Assembly (NCBI GenBank): GCA_049964795.1 | Contig: JBMFWY010000019.1 | Span: 1-11,060, forward strand | DNA from: Candidatus Micrarchaeia archaeon | Lineage (GTDB): Archaea > Micrarchaeota > Micrarchaeia > Micrarchaeales > Micrarchaeaceae | Direction: 5' to 3' | Length of the DNA: 11,060 nt | Part shown: piece after piece, positions 1 to 6,778 of the stretch | Layout of the letters: each line of letters starts with the position of its first letter | Position numbering within the stretch: position 1 is the stretch's first letter | The notes under the pieces: model-generated | Databases searched by the model: none | Seen by the model: only the letters and a program-made list of their open reading frames with translations | What the model was told of the DNA's origin: nothing | Program-made: the position numbers and the translations under genes

Positions 1-454
1 GCTCATTCACAAGCCTTACAACCTCGAGCCCTGCTATCTCTCCTGCATCTTTTGTTGCCTGCCTTTGGTTATCATCAAAATATGCAGGCACAGTTATTAC
101 AGCTTTTTTGACCTCTTCTCCTAGAAAAGCTTCAGCGTCCTTTTTTATCTTCTGCAGAAGCATAGCAGACAGCTCTTGCGGTTTGTATTCTTTTCCATAG
201 ATGCGGTACACATAATCTGTACCCATCTTCCTCTTGAATGCAGTAACCGTGCCCTCCGGATTTGCGACTGCCTGCCTTCTTGCCGCTTCCCCTATCAGCC
301 TTTGGCCATCCTTTGTTATGGCAACGTAGCTGGGAAACGCCTTTCCATAAAGAGAAGCACCTTCAGCACTAGGTATTATGACAGGTCTGCCACCCTCAAG
401 CACCGCAGCCGCGCTGTTTGAAGTTCCCAAATCTATTCCTATTATCTTTTCCAT
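1..454 (-). CDS. dnaK: Chaperone DnaK (Hsp70), N-terminal part; truncated by the left window edge
   Basis: Not in the ORF track. Manual translation from ATG at 454 gives [45 protein letters not shown]...[36 protein letters not shown], containing the Hsp70 signatures GIDLGT and TVPAYF. SD GGTGA at 461-465; lies directly downstream of grpE. Confidence 0.98.
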   Translation of the reverse strand, partial: MEKIIGIDLGTSNSAAAVLEGGRPVIIPSAEGASLYGKAFPSYVAITKDGQRLIGEAARRQAVANPEGTVTAFKRKMGTDYVYRIYGKEYKPQELSAMLLQKIKKDAEAFLGEEVKKAVITVPAYFDDNQRQATKDAGEIAGLEVVRLVNE

Positions 455-478
455 ATTCTATCACCGTTTAAACATTTT

Positions 479-1006
479 TTATGCCTTTTTTGCTATTATT
501 ATTGAAGCAGGCCTAAGAACTATGTCGTTTATCGCATATCCCTTGCGCACTACCTCAAGTATTGCACCATCCTTCGTGTTTTCATCTTTAAGCTCCTTTA
601 CCATAACTATCTCGTGCTTATAAGGGTCAAAGGTGCCTTTAGCTTCTATTTCTTTAAGCCCTTCTCCCTTTAGCACTTCTATGAAGTTCGAATAAATTAG
701 TTCTATGCCTTTTTTTGCCTCGCCCTCGTTCATCGCACTTATCGCAATTTCAAACTCGTCGAGAGTGGGTAAAAGCTTTTTGATAAGTTCTGCCTTGCCC
801 ATCTCCTTGGCTACTGAGAGATCTTTACCTACGCGTTTTTTATAATTGTCAAACTCCGCCGCAAGCCTCAAAAGTTTCTCATTGCTGCTTTCTCCCTCTA
901 AAGATTCCTTTTCTGCAGTTTCCTTTTCTTTAGCTTCTTCTGCCTTGTTCCCGGTTAGGTTTTTCTCTTCTTTGCTCTCTTTCCTGTTTCCATTATCCTC
1001 AGCCAA
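479..1006 (-). CDS. grpE: Nucleotide exchange factor GrpE
   Basis: Motifs LRLAAEFDNYKKR, LLPTLDEFE, FDPYKHE and VRKGY...VLRPA; acidic disordered N-terminus. TTG start preceded by SD-like GGTGG (1011-1015); adjacent to dnaK. Confidence 0.97.
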   Translation of the reverse strand: MAEDNGNRKESKEEKNLTGNKAEEAKEKETAEKESLEGESSNEKLLRLAAEFDNYKKRVGKDLSVAKEMGKAELIKKLLPTLDEFEIAISAMNEGEAKKGIELIYSNFIEVLKGEGLKEIEAKGTFDPYKHEIVMVKELKDENTKDGAILEVVRKGYAINDIVLRPASIIIAKKA

Positions 1007-1027
1007 AAAACCACCACATTTTGGTAC

Positions 1028-1465
1028 TCAATCCGATATTGATCTTCTTTTTGAAGATTTCAAAATTATCCTGTTTAGATCTTCTGCCATATCCAACATT
1101 CTCCTGATTTCCCTGTCCATATCATATTCCAATTCTTTTATAACTCCCGCCATGTCTACAGAGCGCAAATAGTACCTTCTTCCTCTTTTAATTATCAATC
1201 CTGCATCGATGAACCTATTAAGATGATATATAATAGTGCTCCTAGGTATAGGCTTTCCGAACTTGAGCTCTCCGCTAGAAATGCCCTTGTCTTTCAATGC
1301 CGCATATATAAATTTTTTAAGTATCTCCTCTTCTATGCTGTCTTTCTCGTCTTCCTTAGAAAGCCCAAAGGCTTCGCAAAACCATTTTATGAGCGCATCC
1401 ACGTTGTCTTTTTCCCGAACTGGTTTATCAACAGAGCGTATTACTATCTCCTTGCTACTCCTCAC
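1028..1465 (-). CDS. Winged helix-turn-helix (ArsR-like) transcriptional regulator, first gene of the grpE-dnaK operon
   Basis: HTH-like segment GISSGEL...PRSTIIYHLNRFIDAGLIIKRGRRYYL followed by a C-terminal coiled-coil-like helix. GTG start with SD AGGTGA at 1470-1475; 21 bp gap to grpE. Confidence 0.8.
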   Translation of the reverse strand: MRSSKEIVIRSVDKPVREKDNVDALIKWFCEAFGLSKEDEKDSIEEEILKKFIYAALKDKGISSGELKFGKPIPRSTIIYHLNRFIDAGLIIKRGRRYYLRSVDMAGVIKELEYDMDREIRRMLDMAEDLNRIILKSSKRRSISD

Positions 1466-1487
1466 GTGCTCACCTCTCGCGCATGGC

Positions 1488-1533
1488 TCAAATTCAGGCA
1501 GCGCAGACTATTGACCTGCCCTGCCTTGTTTGA
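1488..1533. repeat. Imperfect inverted repeat (11-bp arms, 9-nt spacer, extra outer TCAAA/TTTGA arms) in the leader of the chaperone operon
   Basis: AGGCAGCGCAG (1496-1506), spacer ACTATTGAC, CTGCCCTGCCT (1516-1526): 10/11 complementary. Outer TCAAA at 1488-1492 and TTTGA at 1529-1533. Confidence 0.75.
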
Positions 1534-1555
1534 AATACGCCCGCTATACTTATAT

Positions 1556-1579
1556 GCAAATAGATTTAAATATTTTTGC
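1556..1579 (-). promoter_or_regulatory. Putative archaeal BRE-TATA promoter of the regulator-grpE-dnaK operon, embedded in a 24-bp imperfect palindrome
   Basis: The minus strand reads GCAAAAATA-TTTAAAT-CT (A-rich BRE followed by a TATA box). The plus strand GCAAATAGATTTAAATATTTTTGC matches its reverse complement at 20/24 positions. Confidence 0.55.
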
Positions 1580-1665
1580 TTTTAAACAACTTTTTTTTGA
1601 CATTTCAAATTTATATTATATAATTTTTCTCTGCCCTTGCAGTTTAAGCGGCGCAGACTTTTTTG

Positions 1666-1687
1666 CATAAGCTATATAAATTTTAAG
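1666..1687 (+). promoter_or_regulatory. Putative TATA box for the dsrE-tusA-sqr cluster
   Basis: TATATAAA at 1673-1680, about 40 nt upstream of the SD-associated ATG at 1719. Confidence 0.4.
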
Positions 1688-1718
1688 TTTGATAGTTAAG
1701 CTGTCGAAGGTGTTGGGT

Positions 1719-2123
1719 ATGGTCAAGTTCTCTATAATAATGTTTAGTGGGACGGCCGATAAGTTCCTTCCTTTGGGTGTGCTGGTCGATGCAGCGGCCG
1801 CAATGGGCTATGAAGTAAACGTATTTGTGACAGGTTTTGCGCTTATGGGATTTACAAAAGAAAAGCACGAAATACCATTCCCTAAAGAGTTCGAGTCGAT
1901 GGCTCCAATGCTGATTCAAGGGATGAAAGCTACAAATACAAAGAGCTGGTATGACATGCTTTCAGAGGCAAAGGAAGTTGGGGATGTAAAGGTGCATGCA
2001 TGCTCTCTTACGGCTTCAATGTTTAACTTAAAGAAAGACGATTTTGACCAGATAGTTGATGACATTGTCGGGGCGGCTTCATTTTTGCAGATGGCAGAAG
2101 GCGGGCAAGTTATATTCTTATAA
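1719..2123 (+). CDS. DsrE/DsrF/DrsH-like family sulfur carrier protein (134 aa)
   Basis: MVKFSIIMFSGTADK...AAAMGYEVNVFVTGFAL...VKVHACSLT...DDIVGAASFL is typical of the DsrE2/DrsE family, with a single conserved Cys (C95). Start reassigned from TTG 1689 to ATG 1719 because SD AGGTG lies at 1708-1712. Confidence 0.88.
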   Translation: MVKFSIIMFSGTADKFLPLGVLVDAAAAMGYEVNVFVTGFALMGFTKEKHEIPFPKEFESMAPMLIQGMKATNTKSWYDMLSEAKEVGDVKVHACSLTASMFNLKKDDFDQIVDDIVGAASFLQMAEGGQVIFL

Positions 2124-2144
2124 CAATCCTACGAAGGTGTAATG

Positions 2145-2375
2145 ATGGGAAAAATAGTTGTCGATGCCAGGGGTTCCAGCTGCCCCGGTCCTATAGTAGA
2201 GCTTTCTAAGGCTTATAGAAACGCTAGGGCCGGAGATACAATAGAACTTTGGGCCACCGATCCAGGCGTCAAGGCAGATGTTTCCGCGTGGGCTGAAAAA
2301 ACCAAGAATAAAATTGAAAGCATTTCCGAGCAACAGGACAAAATCATAGTATTGATAGACATAATAAATAGGTAA
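2145..2375 (+). CDS. tusA: Sulfur carrier protein, TusA/SirA family
   Basis: DARGSSCPGP carries the CPxP motif; also GDTIELWATDPG; about 76 aa. SD AAGGTG at 2134-2139 favours the second ATG (2145); 2142 is the alternative. Confidence 0.92.
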   Translation: MGKIVVDARGSSCPGPIVELSKAYRNARAGDTIELWATDPGVKADVSAWAEKTKNKIESISEQQDKIIVLIDIINR

Positions 2376-2381
2376 ATTTAA

Positions 2382-3596
2382 ATGGAGAAGCTTGTTATAG
2401 TAGGCGCCGGAGCAGGCGGTGTAATACTTGCAAATTCTCTAGACACAAAAAAGTTTGAAATCACAATTATAGACAAAAGCCCCACAAGCGTTTTTCAACC
2501 TGCTTACTTGTATGCAGCTTTTAAGGGTTATAATGCAAATATAGAAAAACCTACGCAAAAGTTGCTGAAAAAGGGGATAAGCCTTAAGATAGAAGAAGTG
2601 AAGAAAATTGACCTCGCCAATAGGAACATCGCCACTAATGTTGCTTCATACAGCTATGACAAATTGGTGATTGCAACAGGATCAATTACAGACGTAAGCC
2701 AAATAAGCGGCTTGCCTGAAGTAAACAGCAAATTTGGCGATTACCATACCAGTCTTTCAAATGCCCGAAAATTATGGCACAACTTAACAGAGTTCAATGG
2801 GGGAACAATCGCAATAGGGATGGCGTCTCCAACATGCAAATGCCCTCCATCGCCATTGGAAGGCGTTTTTCTAACTGAAGAATTTATCGCTAAAAGAAAC
2901 TTGAAGGAAAAGACAAAGATTGTTTTCTTTGTGCCTTATCCGAGGGCTTATCCTGCAGAGCCGATGAATGATGTTATAGCGCCGATTCTAAGCAAGAGAG
3001 GCATAGAAACATACACTTTCTTCGATGTAGACCGCATAGACCCTGAAAAGCGCACAATTTATTCGATAGAAGGCGACGCGATAAGTTACGACCTGCCTAT
3101 AATAATTCCGCCTTGCGTGGGCGCAAGAATAGAATACAACCCTGCAGAAGTAGTTGATAGCGATAGGTTTATCAAGGCAGACAAATACACCATGAAAGTG
3201 CAGGGCTTTGACGACGCATTTGCAATAGGCGACGCAACGGCCATACCCACGGCAAAATCAGGAGTCACTGCACATTTGCAGGCCAAGACAGTAGCAAAGA
3301 TATTGAACGGCTTGGATGCAAAGTTTGACGGGAGGACAAACTGCCCTTTTGATATGGGCTATGGAAAAGGCAGTTTCATAATAGGCTCTTATACAGAGCC
3401 TGTTGTAAAATACCCTCCAACACGACTTAAGCTTTTTATGAAACTGATGATGGAAAAAATATATTGGCAAAGCTTAAAAGGAACTTACGATTTTATCTTT
3501 GATTTGTATTTTAAACGCACTGATCCTGCGAAATTAAACAAGAAATACGGGAGCGGTAAAGGCATCGCGAGCGCCGCGAAAGTTGACGCGAAGTGA
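2382..3596 (+). CDS. sqr: Sulfide:quinone oxidoreductase-like FAD-dependent oxidoreductase
   Basis: FAD-binding GAGAGG, YDKLVIATG and FAIGDA. Two catalytic Cys motifs, KCPPSPLE (C154) and FDGRTNCP (C321). C-terminal amphipathic helix RLKLFMKLMMEKIYW; clustered with dsrE and tusA. Confidence 0.82.
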   Translation: MEKLVIVGAGAGGVILANSLDTKKFEITIIDKSPTSVFQPAYLYAAFKGYNANIEKPTQKLLKKGISLKIEEVKKIDLANRNIATNVASYSYDKLVIATGSITDVSQISGLPEVNSKFGDYHTSLSNARKLWHNLTEFNGGTIAIGMASPTCKCPPSPLEGVFLTEEFIAKRNLKEKTKIVFFVPYPRAYPAEPMNDVIAPILSKRGIETYTFFDVDRIDPEKRTIYSIEGDAISYDLPIIIPPCVGARIEYNPAEVVDSDRFIKADKYTMKVQGFDDAFAIGDATAIPTAKSGVTAHLQAKTVAKILNGLDAKFDGRTNCPFDMGYGKGSFIIGSYTEPVVKYPPTRLKLFMKLMMEKIYWQSLKGTYDFIFDLYFKRTDPAKLNKKYGSGKGIASAAKVDAK

Positions 3597-3603
3597 TAAT
3601 CGA

Positions 3604-3637
3604 CATTTTTGGGCGCTTGGGCTTGCGCCTTTCAATG
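3604..3637 (+). terminator. Possible terminator after sqr (T-run plus short GC hairpin)
   Basis: TTTTT at 3606-3610, then GGCGC-TTGGGCTT-GCGCC followed by TTT, just after the sqr stop. Confidence 0.3.
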
Positions 3638-3731
3638 CCAAATTTTGGAAAATGCCTTTCTGGTTCGCTTTTGGTGCTAAGGAAACCTATTTATTGTTTT
3701 TTAAAGCAGTTTGAATGTTAATGCCGTTTGA

Positions 3732-4235
3732 ATGATTGCAATGCACAACCCTCTAATTTATAAAGAGAAGAAGGCTCAGAGCGCAATGGAGTACCTGATG
3801 ACCTATGGCTGGGCCATACTTATAATATCAGTAGTGCTCGGCGCCCTCTATATGATGGGCTTATTCAATCCGAGCACGTTTATAAGCAGCCAATGCATAT
3901 TCCCTGCGGAATTCAGCTGCCTTAATACCTACATGTCCAGTAATGGACAGCTTACAATAAATATAGAGCAATCGACTTCTTCCCCGATAAATATAACCGC
4001 GATAGGCTGCAATACAAATGCTACAACTACAGATATGGTAGTAGAGTCTCCTGCAGTATACGTTCCTATAGGCTCAAATGTAACATTTACAGGTATTCAA
4101 TGCTGGTCCGGCAGCTCTCCATATTCCGGTACTGTAGGAAGCGTTTTTCATGGTTACATTATATTAAATTATACCAATATACAGACAGGGTTTCCACATA
4201 CTACAATAGCCTCCCTGTTGCAGAAAATAACCTAA
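3732..4235 (+). CDS. Class III signal peptide-containing (type IV pilin-like) surface protein
   Basis: KKA|QSAMEYLMTYGWAILIISVVLGALYMMGLF: basic leader, Q at +1, E at +5, hydrophobic helix, then a S/T/N-rich globular domain with 4 Cys and several NxS/T sequons. The start could also be ATG 3741. Confidence 0.8.
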   Translation: MIAMHNPLIYKEKKAQSAMEYLMTYGWAILIISVVLGALYMMGLFNPSTFISSQCIFPAEFSCLNTYMSSNGQLTINIEQSTSSPINITAIGCNTNATTTDMVVESPAVYVPIGSNVTFTGIQCWSGSSPYSGTVGSVFHGYIILNYTNIQTGFPHTTIASLLQKIT

Positions 4236-4272
4236 TATGGCATCTGCCAAGTTTTGGTATTGAGGTCTGGCT

Positions 4273-6195
4273 CTACTTGATTTCGAACTTGCTGAGCGTC
4301 AGCCTTCTCTTGCTGGCAAAAGGCTTGAACTCTTTTCCATTGCCAGTAAAGAACTTGGAGAAAAATTCCACGTAGATAAGCCTTGCGCCTTGTATTCCAG
4401 GCTCAAATATGGCTATTATGAAAGTAAAGAGCTGGCCTATTATAAGTATCAGCGTGCCTGCTATTCCAAGAAGTGGCGAGTGCGCCCATGACCTTACAAA
4501 TATGAAATCTATAACCCCTGCAAGGATTACAGATGCAAGAAGTATACCTACAAGCCTTGTATAAGAAAGCATATGGCTTATGAGGGATGGTATTTCCATC
4601 AACGAGTCTGCGCCTTCCGCGGCAAGCACTGTAGCTATGCCTCCTATCATCATAAAATAGGAGCTGAAAACAGGTATGTTAGAGACTCCTAGGCTTTCTC
4701 TGTGCAGCACTGCAAGCCCGAATATCACGAAGCCTATAGCGGTTGCTAGCCAGCCAAGCTTGCCTACCGCTTTTTTCCTTTCTCCTACTGCCAGACGGTT
4801 TACAAATCCGAAAATAAAGCCGGAGCAAACCATCGCAACTCCTATCCAGCCGGAGAGCACGAGCAGCTTGGGCAAGCCTATCTCTACATTAAACAGCGCT
4901 TTATACGGAAGCTGGAAGCCAAAATATTCATTAAATACTATTCCCAAAACTATCGCAAGCAGGGCTCCGGGTATTATTGCCTTGGCAAGGACTAGCAGGC
5001 CATTATTGCTCACTATCATCCCAATAAAGTTGCTTATCGATTTAGGAATCCTGCTTTTCTTTGGGGGGTGCTTTATCCTGTGTAAAAGCCAAAGCGAGAG
5101 CGCAAGCATTGCAGCGCCATATCCCGCGTCTCCAACCATAAAGCCGAAGAATATGGGGAATATTACTGCAAACATCATTGTAGGATCAAGCTCGTCGCTG
5201 CGCGGTATCGAATAAAACTTTATAAAGAACTCAAAAAATTTTGCTGTGGCCGGATTCTTCATAAGCGTAGGCGGTATCTCGTTCGTCTTCACCTTTTCTA
5301 CCATATACCTGTTCTTCGTTATCTTTGCTATTTTGTTTGAAAGCCCAGGCACTTCGCTTTCTTCTATCCACCCATAGACTACAATTACCGATTTTCCTAC
5401 CCCGAGCTTTGTCATTATCTCAAGCTTTTCCATCTCAAGGTCAAGCTGTTCCGTTATGGCGCTTACTATAGGGTAATATCTTTCAGAGATCCTTTGCAGC
5501 TCATGCAAGGTATCGGTTTTCTGCTTCTCCAAAATTTCAATTTCCTCTCTTGTCTTCTCCAGGTTTCTTGCTATGCTGCCGTTCATCTCCGGCACTGAAG
5601 TTACGCTGGCTTTGTATTCTTCAGCAAGCTTGCCAAATTCCCCTTCCTTGCTTTTTTCCATTGCTATGATCAAGGCCTTCGCACCTTCTATCAAAGTAAA
5701 GCCCCTCTTCTTTGCCTCACGCTTAAACTCCTGCATTTTTTTGTCTTGGCAGCGCACAAGAAAGGAAGACACCCTCTTGCCAGAAAGGTATGACAGGTCA
5801 TCTATATCGCCCGGCATCATAGCCAGCAATTCCTGCAAGTCTTTTTGCTTTTTTATGCTCGCTTCTATTTTTTCTTGCCTCTTTGTAAGTTCGGAAGCTT
5901 GCTCGTCTATTTTGATAAGCCTCGCGCTTTCTAGAAGGTAGTCTATGCTTTGAAAAACATACCTCTTTTCTGCACGCTGCGGTATAAGCAGGCTTTCCAG
6001 GCCCCTGAACCTTTGTGCAAACTCGCTTATTTCCTTGTAGGATACGCTGTCGCCCTTGTTGAGCAGCTGCGCGGCCTCTTCAGGCAACTGCTCTATCTGC
6101 ATTACGCCCAAGTCGTGCAGGGCAGTAAGCACGTCCTCATAGTAGTCTTTTTGGAATATTATTCTTATTTTTTGCATCTTTGCCGGTTTAAGCAT
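4273..6195 (-). CDS. atpI: A/V-type ATP synthase subunit I (a)
   Basis: Soluble N-terminal domain plus a hydrophobic C-terminal domain with PPT..NP, FFGFMVGDAGYG, LSYTRL (essential Arg) and RLIYVEFFSKF. Start reassigned to ATG 6195 (MLKPAKM) with SD AGGTG at 6202-6206, overlapping the subunit H stop. Confidence 0.97.
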   Translation of the reverse strand: MLKPAKMQKIRIIFQKDYYEDVLTALHDLGVMQIEQLPEEAAQLLNKGDSVSYKEISEFAQRFRGLESLLIPQRAEKRYVFQSIDYLLESARLIKIDEQASELTKRQEKIEASIKKQKDLQELLAMMPGDIDDLSYLSGKRVSSFLVRCQDKKMQEFKREAKKRGFTLIEGAKALIIAMEKSKEGEFGKLAEEYKASVTSVPEMNGSIARNLEKTREEIEILEKQKTDTLHELQRISERYYPIVSAITEQLDLEMEKLEIMTKLGVGKSVIVVYGWIEESEVPGLSNKIAKITKNRYMVEKVKTNEIPPTLMKNPATAKFFEFFIKFYSIPRSDELDPTMMFAVIFPIFFGFMVGDAGYGAAMLALSLWLLHRIKHPPKKSRIPKSISNFIGMIVSNNGLLVLAKAIIPGALLAIVLGIVFNEYFGFQLPYKALFNVEIGLPKLLVLSGWIGVAMVCSGFIFGFVNRLAVGERKKAVGKLGWLATAIGFVIFGLAVLHRESLGVSNIPVFSSYFMMIGGIATVLAAEGADSLMEIPSLISHMLSYTRLVGILLASVILAGVIDFIFVRSWAHSPLLGIAGTLILIIGQLFTFIIAIFEPGIQGARLIYVEFFSKFFTGNGKEFKPFASKRRLTLSKFEIK

Positions 6196-6556
6196 TTTCT
6201 GCACCTGCGAACCTTTCCAGCTCTTCCATGAAGACGCTCAACGCATAATCGCTTTCTATGCTCTTTGCGCTTTTCGCCTTCTCCTTTGCTTTGCTTATCT
6301 CCTCCTCATAGTTCTGACCTGCTTTTTTCTTTGCTTCTTCAATGCTTTTCTGATAATGCGCTTCGGCTTTTGCCTTTTCCTTGCCCAATATATTTTGGGC
6401 TTCCTCTTTTGCTTTTTCTATCCTTTCCTGCGCCGCTTTTCTTGCTTCTTCAATCTCCGCTTCTGCGGCTTCTTCCTCAAGCTTTATCCTTTTAAGAGAC
6501 TCGGCAGAATCCTCATTTGCCCTTTCCCCATTTTTGCTGTCTTCCTTCTTGCTCAT
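6188..6556 (-). CDS. atpH: A/V-type ATP synthase peripheral-stalk subunit H (G)
   Basis: E/K/A-rich coiled coil (ESLKRIKLEEEAAEAEIEEARKAAQERIEKAKEEA); lies immediately upstream of subunit I. Confidence 0.8.
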   Translation of the reverse strand: MSKKEDSKNGERANEDSAESLKRIKLEEEAAEAEIEEARKAAQERIEKAKEEAQNILGKEKAKAEAHYQKSIEEAKKKAGQNYEEEISKAKEKAKSAKSIESDYALSVFMEELERFAGAENA

Positions 6557-6777
6557 GAGAATACCATTATTGCGATAAATATAAGCGCGGCACTAGCCGC
6601 AATGTTGAAAGCAAGGAGCAGCCTCGCTATCTTCTTGAATTTCTTCTGCTCTGAATTTTCTTCTCTTGGTCTTGCATATGCTTTTGCCTTCCAGCGGTCT
6701 TGCGAATATTTCGGATAATATTTATCAATTGCGTGCTTGTAGTAGCTGCCTCCTGCATCCAATTTGATTTCTTGCAT
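6553..6777 (-). CDS. Hypothetical 74-aa protein with a C-terminal transmembrane helix, inside the ATPase operon
   Basis: Fills the D-H gap exactly: ATG 1 nt after the atpD TAG, and its stop overlaps the atpH start (ATGA). KKFKK is followed by LLLAFNIAASAALIFIAIMVF. Confidence 0.75.
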   Translation of the reverse strand: MQEIKLDAGGSYYKHAIDKYYPKYSQDRWKAKAYARPREENSEQKKFKKIARLLLAFNIAASAALIFIAIMVFS

Positions 6778-6778
6778 G

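Noticed and set aside
1028-1465. wHTH protein as a SqrR/BigR-type persulfide sensor for the divergent sulfur cluster
   Set aside because: It has only one Cys, whereas these sensors use two, and it appears operonic with grpE-dnaK. Not excluded, but less supported.
176-1585. Plus-strand ORFs 176-421, 378-623, 846-1172, 1223-1585, 1236-1514
   Set aside because: They overlap dnaK, grpE and the regulator on the opposite strand; their S/F/L-rich composition mirrors the E/K-rich sense proteins.
1607-1626. AT-only quasi-palindrome AAATTTATATTATATAATTT
   Set aside because: Low complexity, and the symmetry is poor when aligned exactly.
1466-1718. CIRCE element, tRNA or CRISPR repeat in the largest intergenic region
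   Set aside because: No TTAGCACTC-N9-GAGTGCTAA, no cloverleaf or T-loop motif, and no regularly spaced repeats.
3566-3591. Three CGCGA copies at the sqr 3' end
   Set aside because: Explained by GCG Ala codons in a low-complexity C-terminal tail.
6260-6490. Repetitive CT-rich tract
   Set aside because: Reflects the E/K/A codons of the subunit H coiled coil, not a DNA repeat.
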